Shown here piece after piece: positions 9,728 through 19,192 of a stretch of DNA of 64,000 nucleotides. Positions within the stretch are counted from its first letter, which is position 1. Each line of letters begins with the position of its first letter. The DNA is taken from positions 736,001 to 800,000 of the forward strand of contig CAWEYG010000001.1 in assembly GCA_963813155.1 (NCBI GenBank), in the 5' to 3' direction. A program made the position numbers and the translations under genes. The notes beneath the pieces are model-generated. The model made no database searches. It saw nothing but the letters and a program-made list of their open reading frames with translations, and was not told the origin of the DNA. Source of the stretch: an uncultured Acidobacteriota bacterium (lineage in GTDB: Bacteria; Acidobacteriota; Thermoanaerobaculia; UBA5066; DATFVB01).

Positions 9728-10951
9728 GTGCGAATCGTTGACCTTCGGCTCGTGCCGACTTCGACGGGGCGGCGGGCGTCCGCCAGACTCTTGTGGGAGG
9801 ACTCCGGCCTTCAACCCTTCGATGCGTATTTCGAGTCCGACGGAGACGGTAGGTCCGGTCTGCGAGCGGGCGCGAATGCGTTTCTCGCGGCCGCTTTCGT
9901 TCCCGCCATTCGCGCCGGCGAAAAGCGCATTCGGATCGAGGAGCAGGCTGTTTGCCCGATTCTTCGCGACGGATTGCGCGCCGCCGCGGCTTTCCTGCGG
10001 GCCTGGTACGGCCCCGCGATCGAACCCGCGATCGAGGCGCCCGGCGGATTTCGCGCCGACCGGCCGGAAGGACCGGCTGCCCTGTTTTTCTCCGGGGGAG
10101 CGGATTCGCTCCACCTGCTCCGCCTCAACCGTTCGATCTATCCGACTTCTCACCCGAACTCATTCCGCGAGGCGCTCCACTTCCTGGGAATGGCGATGTT
10201 CGAGGACGACCCCGGACAGGGCGCGCGCAACCTCGCGGCGCGCGGTCTTCGAAGCTCGGAACGCATCGCCCGAACGAGCGGATTGACCCTTCGAAGCGTT
10301 CGCTCGAACGTCGCTCGATTGAGCGGAGACAATCATTTCTGGGCCACGCACACTCAGGGCGCGATGCTGGCTTCCGTCGCCCTTGGCCAGACGATTCGCT
10401 CGGCCTCGCTCGCGGCGTCCTGGGACACCCGTGCTCTCCCTCCCTGGGGATCTCATCCCCTGCTCGATCCCGGGTACAGCTCGAGCGCGGTCGAGATCCG
10501 CCATCTCGGCGTCGATTTCACGCGGCTCGAGAAGTTGAGGGCCCTTGCGGACTGGCCCGAAGCGCTCGAGAACCTGATGGTCTGTCATGAAACGCCTCTT
10601 CCCGGTGACGAGATCAATTGCGGCCGATGCGAGAAGTGCGTGCGAACGATGGTCGAGCTTCTCGTCGCGAACGCGCTCGATCGCGCGACGGCCTTTCCCG
10701 TGCGCCGCGTGACCGCGGAGATGATCGACGCGGTCGAGCCCGCCCAGATTCGGACCGAAAGGTTCTGGAGCGACCTGACCGGGCCGCTCGAAGCGGTCGG
10801 ACGAGCCGATCTGGCCCGCGCGACGAACGCGTTCGTTTCCCGCGCCCGCCGCCAGCGACAATGGGAAGACGACAGCGGTTGGAGGGGGCGTCTCCGGCGG
10901 CTCGACCGCCGATACCTCGCAGGCGCGCTTCAGCGACTGAGACGACCGTGA
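9728..10951 (+). CDS. QueC-like PP-loop family protein, paralogue P3
   Basis: LFFSGGADS, PWGSHPLLDP, NCGRCEKCVRT and GWRGRLRRLDR. Confidence 0.85.
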   Translation: MRIVDLRLVPTSTGRRASARLLWEDSGLQPFDAYFESDGDGRSGLRAGANAFLAAAFVPAIRAGEKRIRIEEQAVCPILRDGLRAAAAFLRAWYGPAIEPAIEAPGGFRADRPEGPAALFFSGGADSLHLLRLNRSIYPTSHPNSFREALHFLGMAMFEDDPGQGARNLAARGLRSSERIARTSGLTLRSVRSNVARLSGDNHFWATHTQGAMLASVALGQTIRSASLAASWDTRALPPWGSHPLLDPGYSSSAVEIRHLGVDFTRLEKLRALADWPEALENLMVCHETPLPGDEINCGRCEKCVRTMVELLVANALDRATAFPVRRVTAEMIDAVEPAQIRTERFWSDLTGPLEAVGRADLARATNAFVSRARRQRQWEDDSGWRGRLRRLDRRYLAGALQRLRRP

Positions 10952-12213
10952 GAATCGAGGCGATTCGAAAGGAGACGCGGGAGGACCGCTCGGCCGTCCA
11001 CGCGCGAGTCGTCTGGGAGGAGTCGAGCCGGCCGCCCCTCGACCTTCGATTCGAAACGACGGCGCCGCCGGACGGTCTTGGGGAGATCGGAGGCAATCCG
11101 TTCCTCGTCGCATGCGCGCATTCCGCTCGATCCGAGGGCGAGCGCCGGATCCGCTTAGAAGACTCCGTTTGCCCTTTGCTCCACGACGGCGTACGGACCG
11201 CGATGAGGATCCTGGCCGGCTGGTACGGAGGCCGCTCGGAAGTCGTCCTCGAGGCCGCGAAGGGCCTCCGCGCCTTTCCGACGCGCTCCCCGCGCGCGGG
11301 ACTCTTCCTCTCCTGCGGCGTCGATTCCCTCCATGCGCTGCTGACGAACCGCCGGATCTTTTCCGCCGATCATCCCTCCGCGTTTCTCGACGCCGTCCAC
11401 GTGCCCTTCTTTTCCTTCCCCGACCCGTCCCCCGACGAGCGCGCCCGGGACATCGCCTCCCGGCAGAGGATTGCGCTCGAAACGCTTCGGAAACGGACCA
11501 ACCTGGAGCTCTGCGTCGTCGAAACGAACGCGGGCGCGGTCGAACCCGATTTCGACCTTCACGTCCTCCAGTCGCATGGCGCGTCGCTGATCGCCGCCGC
11601 ACACGTCCTCCCGGCTCGCGTCGGGACGGTTTCGATCGCTTCGAGTTTCGACGCGCCTCGAGCCCTGCGGCCCTACGGCTCGCACCCCGTGCTCGATTCG
11701 GCGTATGGCAGCAGCGGGCTCGCGGTGTCGCACGAAGGTATCGGCTACACCCGGCTCGAGAAGGTCCGCGAACTGGCCGGCTGGGAGCCCGCTCGGGACT
11801 CGCTGATGGTGTGCTTCGAGGGACCGCTTCCGGACGGGCGCCTCAACTGCGGACGGTGTGAAAAATGCCTTCGCACGATGACGGCGCTCTCGATCGCGGG
11901 CGGCCTCGAGCGCTTCACGGTTTTTGGAACAGCCCGACCGGACGTCGAGTTGATCGAAAAAATGCCGATCGGATACCATCCGCACGCCTTCGCGCACTAC
12001 TGGGAGCCCATGGAGCGGATTCTCCTCGATCAGGGCCGCCGCGATCTCTCGCGGGCTGTCGCCCGCCGGGTCGCCGAAGCGCGCCGCCTGAACGACTGGC
12101 TTTCGGAACGGGATTGGAAGGGCCGGCTCCGGCGGTTCGACCGCCGTTTCCTGGGCGAACGCCTCTCGTCCCTCGCGCGTGGCTGGCGCTCCCGGCACTC
12201 GAGAGAGCCGTGA
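10948..12213 (+). CDS. QueC-like PP-loop family protein, paralogue P4
   Basis: GTGA overlap with P3; LFLSCGVDS, PYGSHPVLDS, VCFEGP..NCGRCEKCLRT and DWKGRLRRFDR. Confidence 0.85.
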   Translation: MRIEAIRKETREDRSAVHARVVWEESSRPPLDLRFETTAPPDGLGEIGGNPFLVACAHSARSEGERRIRLEDSVCPLLHDGVRTAMRILAGWYGGRSEVVLEAAKGLRAFPTRSPRAGLFLSCGVDSLHALLTNRRIFSADHPSAFLDAVHVPFFSFPDPSPDERARDIASRQRIALETLRKRTNLELCVVETNAGAVEPDFDLHVLQSHGASLIAAAHVLPARVGTVSIASSFDAPRALRPYGSHPVLDSAYGSSGLAVSHEGIGYTRLEKVRELAGWEPARDSLMVCFEGPLPDGRLNCGRCEKCLRTMTALSIAGGLERFTVFGTARPDVELIEKMPIGYHPHAFAHYWEPMERILLDQGRRDLSRAVARRVAEARRLNDWLSERDWKGRLRRFDRRFLGERLSSLARGWRSRHSREP

Positions 12214-12238
12214 GCGGGCGCCGGCTGGAGGTTTCGGC

Positions 12239-13483
12239 GTGAGAATTCGGGATCTGCGCCTGGAATCGGCGGGCAATGCCCTTCGCGCTTCCGCCGCGAT
12301 CGAGTGGGAAGACACACCCCGACCTTCCCGCCGCCTCGCCTTTTCGGCGAAAGGCGCGCTCGCCTCCGCATTCGAGCCCGCGCCCGAGGCATTCGTTCTT
12401 TCCACCGCGTTGGCGGCCAACCGCGCCGGGGAAAGGAGGCTTCGCGTCGAAGCTCGCCTCTGTTCGGTGTTCGCGGACGGCCTCCGCGGCGCCTTCGCGC
12501 TCCTCGATTCCTGGTACGGAGGATCCCGCGTCGCGATGACGATCGAGGCGGCGGGGGGTTTTCGCGCCCGCGCGCGGGGCGCGCCGGTCGCCGCGATGTT
12601 CCTCTCGGGCGGCGTCGATTCGCTCCACATGCTTCGGCTCAACCGCCGCGCGATTCCGCGGCGGCACCCCGAGTCTTTTCGCGTGGCCATTCATGCCCCT
12701 TCTTTTGGATACACGGGCGACGCCGGGGACAGAGAGGCGCGGAACCTCCGGGAGCGAGCGTCGCACAGCGTGGAACAGATCGCCGCCGAGGAGAACCTCG
12801 ACCTGGCGGTCGTCAGCCTCCCTTCGCATCTTCTCGACCCCGAACGCCGGTTCTTCACCGGCGAGAGCCACGCGAGCCTCCTCGCCGCGACGGCTCACCT
12901 TTTCCCCGGCGCCCTGCGGTCGGCGTCGATCGCCGCCTCGGCGAATCTTCGGGGGCACCCGGGACCCTGGGGCTCGCACCCCCTTCTGGACCCCCTCTAC
13001 GGATCGGGGGCGGTGGCGATCCGGCACACGGGCCACGAATTCTCCCGGCTCGAAAAGGTCAGAGATCTTTCGAATTGGGACCTCGCAATGGCAACGCTGA
13101 TCGTTTGCAACGAGTCTCCTCTTCCGCCCGGCGTGACGAACTGCGGCCGGTGCGAAAAATGCGTGAGAACCCTCTGCGAGCTTCTCGCCGCCGGCTCCCT
13201 GGAGCGAGTCTCTACTTTCCCGGTTCGAGACATTTCCGCCGAATCCGTCCGGCGTCTCCAGCCGGTTCAAGATTTCGAAGGGCACAGCTGGAGGGATCTC
13301 CCTCGCGAGCTCGCGGGCCGGCCGGACCTCGCCGCGGCGATCGAGGACTGGATGACGCGGCTGCGGGCCTCGGCGGACTGGTGGGCGGATTGCGGCTGGA
13401 AGGGCCGTCTGCGAAAACTCGACCGCTCGCTGTTCCAGGGACGTCTCCTCGCGCTAAGGCGCCGATGGAGCGAGCAGCCGTGA
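12239..13483 (+). CDS. QueC-like PP-loop family protein, paralogue P5
   Basis: GGAGG at 12227-12231 then GTG; MFLSGGVDS, PWGSHPLLDP and NCGRCEKCVRT. Confidence 0.85.
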   Translation: MRIRDLRLESAGNALRASAAIEWEDTPRPSRRLAFSAKGALASAFEPAPEAFVLSTALAANRAGERRLRVEARLCSVFADGLRGAFALLDSWYGGSRVAMTIEAAGGFRARARGAPVAAMFLSGGVDSLHMLRLNRRAIPRRHPESFRVAIHAPSFGYTGDAGDREARNLRERASHSVEQIAAEENLDLAVVSLPSHLLDPERRFFTGESHASLLAATAHLFPGALRSASIAASANLRGHPGPWGSHPLLDPLYGSGAVAIRHTGHEFSRLEKVRDLSNWDLAMATLIVCNESPLPPGVTNCGRCEKCVRTLCELLAAGSLERVSTFPVRDISAESVRRLQPVQDFEGHSWRDLPRELAGRPDLAAAIEDWMTRLRASADWWADCGWKGRLRKLDRSLFQGRLLALRRRWSEQP

Positions 13484-14724
13484 GGGTTCAGGATTTCCGG
13501 CTGGAAGCAGACGGCTCCATCCTCCGGGCCTCCGCCGCCGTCGAATGGGAAGATTCCCCGCGGCCTCCCCGGCGGCTCACGTTTTCGACCGAGGGCGCGC
13601 TCGCGAACGCGTTCGAGCCGGCTCCCGAGGCTTTTGCCCTCTCCGTGGCGTCGGCGGCCGCTCGAGCCGGTGAACGCCGCCTCCGTCTGGAGGCTCCCCT
13701 CTGCGCCGTGCTCGCGGACGGTCTTCGCTCGGCGCTCGCGCTCCTCGATTCTTGGAACGGAGGGTCTCGCGCCGCGATGACACTCGAGGCCGCGGGGGGA
13801 TTTCATGCCCGCGCTCGGGGCGCGCCGGTCGCCGCGATGTTTCTTTCGGGGGGCGTCGATTCGCTTCACATGCTGCAGCGGAACCGACTCGTCGTTCCGC
13901 CGTCCTGCCCGGAGTTCTTTCGCGTCGCCATCCACGCCCGCTCTTTCGGGTATGCGGGCGACGCCGCCGACGCCGAGGCCCGCAACCTGTGGGAACGCGC
14001 TTCGATCGCTGCCCGAAGAATCGCCGAAGCCGAGGGACTCGAGTTCGCGGCCGTGCATTCCGACGCGCGCCTTCTCGATCCGGACCGGAAGTTTTTCATC
14101 GCCGAGAGCCACGCCGCCCACCTCGCGGCCGCGGCGCACCTTTTTCCGGGCGCCCTGCGCTCGGCTTCGATCGCCTCCTCGGCCGACCTTCGGCGGCACT
14201 ACCGGCCCTGGGGCTCCCACCCCCTTCTCGATCCGCTCTACGGCTCGGGTGCGATCGCGATCCGGCACTCGGGCCACGAGTTCGCCCGGCTCGAAAAGGT
14301 GAGCGACATCTCGCGCTGGGACCTCGCGATGAGCGAACTGATCGTTTGCAACGAAACGCCCCTTCCGGCCGGCGTCAGGAATTGCGGCCGATGCGAGAAA
14401 TGCATGCGGACCCTGTTCGAGTTCCTGGCGGTGGGCTCTCTCTCCAAGGCGTCGACTTTCGCCGTCCGGGACGTCACGCCGGCCTCGATTCGGCGTCTCC
14501 GCACCGTCGAAGCCTCCGCCGTTCGCCGGTGGATCGACCTGCGGCAGGAACTTCGGGGTCGCTCCGATCTCTCCGCGGCGATCGACGACTGGATCGGGCG
14601 GCTCCTGGCGACGGCGGAGTGGCACGCCGAGGAGAACTGGAAGGGGCGGCTCCGGCGGATCGACCGCGCCTGGTTCGGCGGCCGCTTGCTCGCGCTGAAG
14701 CGCCGAAGGAAGATGGCCTCGTGA
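13480..14724 (+). CDS. QueC-like PP-loop family protein, paralogue P6 (closest to P5)
   Basis: GTGA overlap; shares long runs with P5 (ARARGAPVAAMFLSGGVDSLHML; AHLFPGALRSASIA; PWGSHPLLDPLYGSGA). Confidence 0.85.
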   Translation: MRVQDFRLEADGSILRASAAVEWEDSPRPPRRLTFSTEGALANAFEPAPEAFALSVASAAARAGERRLRLEAPLCAVLADGLRSALALLDSWNGGSRAAMTLEAAGGFHARARGAPVAAMFLSGGVDSLHMLQRNRLVVPPSCPEFFRVAIHARSFGYAGDAADAEARNLWERASIAARRIAEAEGLEFAAVHSDARLLDPDRKFFIAESHAAHLAAAAHLFPGALRSASIASSADLRRHYRPWGSHPLLDPLYGSGAIAIRHSGHEFARLEKVSDISRWDLAMSELIVCNETPLPAGVRNCGRCEKCMRTLFEFLAVGSLSKASTFAVRDVTPASIRRLRTVEASAVRRWIDLRQELRGRSDLSAAIDDWIGRLLATAEWHAEENWKGRLRRIDRAWFGGRLLALKRRRKMAS

Positions 14725-15953
14725 AAATTCGCGACATTCGTCTCGAGTCCGCCGGCGGGCGTGTCTCCGCCCGCGGCCGTTTCGAATGGGAAGACTCCGA
14801 GCGGCCGCCCGTGGAGGTTTATTTTCGGGGGGACGAATCCCTCTCGTTCGGCCTTTCTGCAGCTCCGGAAGCGTTTCTCGTGGCGGGCTTCTTCCCGGCG
14901 ATGCATCACGGCGAACGCCGGATCGCCCTGGACGGCCCCGTTTGCCCGCGCCTGCGCGACGGCCTGCTCGGCGCGGGCCGGTTGTTTCAGCTCTGGTACG
15001 GCCACACGCCGCCTCGAATCGAAGCACAGCATGGCTCGCTCGCTTCCCCGGAACCGCCGCCCGATTCCACCGCCGCTTTCCTGACGGGGGGGATCGATTC
15101 GCTCCACGCGATCTGGAAAAACCACCGTCTCTACCCGGCGGACCACGAAGGCCGCGTTCGCGAAGCCCTGTTCGTCTTCGGGCTAGAAATGCCGGGCCTC
15201 GAGGACACTCCCCGGGCCGCCCGGCGCCTCGCGGCGATCGCGCCCTACCTCAAGCGAGTCGCCGGCGACGCCGGGCTGAAGTTGACCCGGATCGAGACGA
15301 ACGTCCGAACGCTCGAACCCGACACGAGCTTCTGGGCATGGGAGTACATCGCGCCGCCGCTTGCGGCCGTGGCGCACGCGCTGTCGGGGCGGTTCTCGGC
15401 GGTTCTTCTCGGCTCGTCCTACGACTACCGGAACCTCGTCCCCTGGGGGACTCATCCGCTCCTCGATCCGCTGCTCGGATCCGCGTCGATGTCGATCGAG
15501 CATGTCGGCGCCGCGACGCATCGGCTCGAGAAGATTCGGGACCTTCTCGAGTGGCCGCTCGCGATTCGCGGCCTTCTCGTCTGCGGAAATTCGCCGGTGG
15601 ATCGCGTCAATTGCGGGGTCTGCGGAAAATGCCTTCGCGCGATGGCCGAATTGATCTCCGTCGGCGCTCCCCAGCCCGAAACCCTCCCTGCCCTGGAAGC
15701 CCTGCGACCCGATGCGATCGACCGCCTCGAAGTGGGGACAATCGACGTCGGAAACTTCTGGGAAGCCCTGATTCCCGGGCTCACCGCCCATGGACGGAGC
15801 GATCTCGCCGGGGCGGTGGCGCGTTATGCCCGCCGGCTGCAGCTCGCCAAGCACCCGGAGGGCCTTCGAAAGTTGAAACAAGACCTCATCCAGATCGACT
15901 CCCGCCTCTTCGGCGGCGGTCTTCGGTCGCTCCGACGCCGACTCGGCCGCTGA
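14721..15953 (+). CDS. QueC-like PP-loop family protein, paralogue P7
   Basis: GTGA overlap; AFLTGGIDS, PWGTHPLLDP, NCGVCGKCLRA; divergent tail. Confidence 0.85.
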   Translation: MKIRDIRLESAGGRVSARGRFEWEDSERPPVEVYFRGDESLSFGLSAAPEAFLVAGFFPAMHHGERRIALDGPVCPRLRDGLLGAGRLFQLWYGHTPPRIEAQHGSLASPEPPPDSTAAFLTGGIDSLHAIWKNHRLYPADHEGRVREALFVFGLEMPGLEDTPRAARRLAAIAPYLKRVAGDAGLKLTRIETNVRTLEPDTSFWAWEYIAPPLAAVAHALSGRFSAVLLGSSYDYRNLVPWGTHPLLDPLLGSASMSIEHVGAATHRLEKIRDLLEWPLAIRGLLVCGNSPVDRVNCGVCGKCLRAMAELISVGAPQPETLPALEALRPDAIDRLEVGTIDVGNFWEALIPGLTAHGRSDLAGAVARYARRLQLAKHPEGLRKLKQDLIQIDSRLFGGGLRSLRRRLGR

Positions 15954-15978
15954 GTCGGCGCGAACTGGCCCTCCGGCG

Positions 15979-17829
15979 TCACGAATCCGTTTGGAGGCAG
16001 CGGCGAACCCACGCGTCGAGAACCCGCGTGCGAAAACCGAGATCGTGGCCGAGCACCGCGTCCTCCTCGCAGAGCCCGGGGGACGTCCACCCGCCGGCCG
16101 CCAATCGCCGCCACGCGTCGCGGACGAGCTGGGGCGCCTCTCGGGCCTTTCCCTCGAGCGGGCCCGGGAGACCCAGTTTTCGGGGACGGGTCAGAATCGA
16201 AGCCGGGATGAGTCCCCGAAGCGCCGCCCGCAGGACCGCCTTCGTCCACCCGTTTCGAAGAAGGAATCCGTCCTGCAGGGTGCGCGCAAACTCCACGACC
16301 CGGTAGTCGAGAAAAGGCAATCGCGCTTCGATCCCGAAGGCCATGGAATTGCGGTCTTCGAAAGCGAGGAGCGCAGGAAGGTAATCGGCGAGGAGCAGGT
16401 GTCTCTGGTGCGTCTGCAGGGTCCCGTCGATCTCGCAACCGCAGGGCAGAGGCCGGCGCGACGTCCTCACGACCCCAAGCGTGTGCCGGGCTCCCCGAAC
16501 GGAGCCCCAGCGACGACGGCCGGAAAGAAACCCCTCCTTTACGGCCCGAGCGCGCTCGTTTCGGTTCCAGAGCTGCGCCACGTGGACGTCCCACGGCTCG
16601 TATCCGGCGAAGAGCTCGTCGGAGCCCTGCCCGCTCAACATGACCGTCAATCCGAGGCGGCGGGCCTCCCGATAAAGCAGGCGCTCCGCATAGAAGATCG
16701 AGCTGGGAATGAGCTCCTCCAGGGAGTCCACGAGCTCGTCGAGGTCTTCGTCGAATCCGTCCGTCGAAGGCTCGATGAATTCTCCGGAGAAGCCCGTCTC
16801 GCGAAGCGATTCCTCGATATAGAAACTCTCGTCGATTTCAGGCCGCCCCGGGTAGCGGGTCGAAATCGTGCGCCCCGAGAAACTTTCGCGATTTCGGTTG
16901 CTGCGGCCCAGGATGCCCGCAATCGCCGAAGAATCGACTCCGCCGGAGAGAAGCAGCCCGACCGGGACGTCGGCGCGCAGACGAATCGACACTGCGTCCT
17001 CGAGTAGTTCTCTCAACCGTTCCGCCGCGTCCTCGAGGCTGGCCGGAGCGTCGAGCGCGGCGGCGTTCCCGTCCAGGTCGTACCAGCGTTCGACACGGAA
17101 CCCGCGGGAATCGACCCGAAGGGTCGATCCGGCGGGCAACGATTTGTACGACGCGAAACAGGTCGACTCCTGATTGTCCAGCGTCGCGCCGACCTCGAGA
17201 AAGACACGAACGCGCTCGCGGTTGGCTTCCGGGGCTCGCACCGGGCGAAGGGCCTTCGGCTCCGACCCAAACGCGAACCGCGACTCCGTTGACGTGTAAT
17301 AGAAGGGCTTGATCGCGAACCGGTCCCGCGCGCAGAACAGCTCGCGGCGTTCCGCGTCCCAGATCGCGAACGCCCACATTCCGTTGAATCGCTCGAGAGC
17401 CTTCGCCCCCCATCGCACATAGGCCGCGAGCAAAACCTCCGTGTCAGTCGAAGTGGTGAATTCCTCTCCTTCCGACCGAAGCTCGTCCCGCAGCTCCGGC
17501 GCGTTGTAAATCGCGCCATTGAAGACGATCCACCACCGCCCGTTCCCCCGGCTCATCGGCTGCCGCCCCGAATCGGAGAGATCAGTGATCGCGAGCCGCT
17601 GATGCCCGAGCCCGATCCGGGGGCCGGCCGGGAACGGGCCAGCGGGCAGCGGCATCGCGGCGCGTTCCGAGAGACTCTCGCGCGGACCTTCGCGGAGGCA
17701 CGCCCCGTCGTCCTCCAGCCAGCCGCCCCCGTCGGGTCCGCGGTGCTCGATTCGGCGAAGCATCTCCAGGAGCATCCGGCGGTCCACCGGAGCACTCGAG
17801 AGTTCCATCACTCCGGCAATTCCGCACAT
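15979..17829 (-). CDS. AsnB-like class II glutamine amidotransferase (copy 1)
   Basis: Starts MCGIAG; HRGPD, LGHQRLAITDLS..GRQPM, LLSGGVDSS, LSGQGSDELFAGY and EDRNSMAFGIEARLPFLD. Confidence 0.9.
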   Translation of the reverse strand: MCGIAGVMELSSAPVDRRMLLEMLRRIEHRGPDGGGWLEDDGACLREGPRESLSERAAMPLPAGPFPAGPRIGLGHQRLAITDLSDSGRQPMSRGNGRWWIVFNGAIYNAPELRDELRSEGEEFTTSTDTEVLLAAYVRWGAKALERFNGMWAFAIWDAERRELFCARDRFAIKPFYYTSTESRFAFGSEPKALRPVRAPEANRERVRVFLEVGATLDNQESTCFASYKSLPAGSTLRVDSRGFRVERWYDLDGNAAALDAPASLEDAAERLRELLEDAVSIRLRADVPVGLLLSGGVDSSAIAGILGRSNRNRESFSGRTISTRYPGRPEIDESFYIEESLRETGFSGEFIEPSTDGFDEDLDELVDSLEELIPSSIFYAERLLYREARRLGLTVMLSGQGSDELFAGYEPWDVHVAQLWNRNERARAVKEGFLSGRRRWGSVRGARHTLGVVRTSRRPLPCGCEIDGTLQTHQRHLLLADYLPALLAFEDRNSMAFGIEARLPFLDYRVVEFARTLQDGFLLRNGWTKAVLRAALRGLIPASILTRPRKLGLPGPLEGKAREAPQLVRDAWRRLAAGGWTSPGLCEEDAVLGHDLGFRTRVLDAWVRRCLQTDS

Positions 17830-17838
17830 GGGAATCGA

Positions 17839-17887
17839 GATCTTAGCCCCGATCCAACTGCCGCGCTTATACTCTCGCGCGTGCGCG
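17839..17887. promoter_or_regulatory. Duplicated bidirectional promoter (copy 1)
   Basis: GATCTTAGCC..GATC....TGCCGCGCTTATACTC.CGC.CGTGCGCG recurs at 23561-23608; TAAGAT (minus strand) 10 nt before the asnB ATG and TATACT (plus strand) 7 nt before a GTG. Confidence 0.65.
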
Positions 17888-17926
17888 CGGAACGCTCCCG
17901 GTTGATTCCAAGGCGGTCCTTGTAGG

Positions 17927-19192
17927 ATGCGGATCTCGAATTTTCGCCACGAAGTCCGAAAAGACACGGTGCGAGTTTCCGCCGCCGTTCAGTGGGAGGA
18001 TAGCGATCTTCCCGCTGAAGATCTCTGCTTCGAAGCGGAAGGCGTAGCGCCCGGGGAATTCGTTCCGAGTCCGGAGGCCTTTGCGATCCGCGGCGCTCTC
18101 GCGGCGCTCCACCAGAACGAAAAGCGAGTCCTCGTGGAAGGCGCGCTGTGTCCGCGATTGCGGGACGGGCTCCGGGCTGCTCTCCGGACGCTCAGGGCCT
18201 GGTACTCACCGAACCTCGGGGTACCGCTCATCGAAGCGACCGGCGGACTCCGGGCGCTCTACCCGCCCCGGCCGCAGGCGGCCGTGTTTCTCTCCTGCGG
18301 ATTCGACTCGCTCTTCCTGCTGCAATCCAACCGCTCGAGCTTTCCGCTCGACCACCCCGCATCCTACCGAGTCGCGCTTTTTGTCCCCAATTTCGGAGCG
18401 CTTCCGGAGGCCTTCTCTTCGCCCCGGGCCGTCGACTTCCTCGCGAGACAGCGGCGCTCGCTCGAGCGCATCGCGCCTCTGGCAGGCGTCCGCCTGATGT
18501 CCGTATCGGACCATTCGGGAAGGCTTGGCGAAGACGACCACTATTTCACCGTCAGCTCCCATGGTGCCCATCTGGCCGCACTCGCTCACCTTTTCCCCGC
18601 GTTGAGCTCGGCTTCCATCGCGGTCTCGCACGACTGCACCCAGCTGGCCCCCCTGGGGAGCCATCTGCTGCTCGACCCGAACTACAGCAGCAGCTCCCTC
18701 GAAATCCGCCACGAGGGAATCGCGTTCACCCGGCTGGAGCGCGTCGCGTCTGTGGCCCGCTGGAAGGAGATGCTTCCGCACGCCGTGGTCTGTTCGAAGG
18801 GGCCGTTTGCCTCCGGCCGAACCAACTGCGGCCGCTGCGAAAAGTGTCTGCGCACGATGATCGAGCTCTTGCTCTCCGATTCGCTCTCCGCCGAAGGTCC
18901 GTTTTCCGCCACGGACGTCGACCCGTCGTTCGTGGACCGGGCGACCATGCGCGCGGGCTCGATTTTCCACTGGGAGCCTCTCCCTCGGCTTCTCCGGGAG
19001 CGGGGACGGAAGGACCTCGCAGCACCGGCCGAGCGCCTGATTGCCAGGACTCGCGAGCGCGGAGCCTGGTTCAGAGACCGCGGCTGGAAGGGCGCACTGC
19101 GCCGGCTGGATGGCAGATTTCTCGGGGGACGCCTTCTCGAAGCGAGTCGCCGCCTTCGCGGCCAACACCGTGGGCGGGATACCGCACCGTGA
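17927..19192 (+). CDS. QueC-like PP-loop family protein, paralogue P8 (closest to P1)
   Basis: VFLSCGFDS, PLGSHLLLDP, NCGRCEKCLRTMIELLL; shares WED.DLPAE, EGVAP, FAIR.ALAAL and FVPNFG with P1. Confidence 0.85.
   Translation: MRISNFRHEVRKDTVRVSAAVQWEDSDLPAEDLCFEAEGVAPGEFVPSPEAFAIRGALAALHQNEKRVLVEGALCPRLRDGLRAALRTLRAWYSPNLGVPLIEATGGLRALYPPRPQAAVFLSCGFDSLFLLQSNRSSFPLDHPASYRVALFVPNFGALPEAFSSPRAVDFLARQRRSLERIAPLAGVRLMSVSDHSGRLGEDDHYFTVSSHGAHLAALAHLFPALSSASIAVSHDCTQLAPLGSHLLLDPNYSSSSLEIRHEGIAFTRLERVASVARWKEMLPHAVVCSKGPFASGRTNCGRCEKCLRTMIELLLSDSLSAEGPFSATDVDPSFVDRATMRAGSIFHWEPLPRLLRERGRKDLAAPAERLIARTRERGAWFRDRGWKGALRRLDGRFLGGRLLEASRRLRGQHRGRDTAP

Noticed and set aside
12304-14724. Apparent 550-800 aa versions of array genes in the ORF track
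   Set aside because: The N-terminal extensions overlap the previous paralogue in another frame; homology starts at the GTG/ATG beside the upstream stop.
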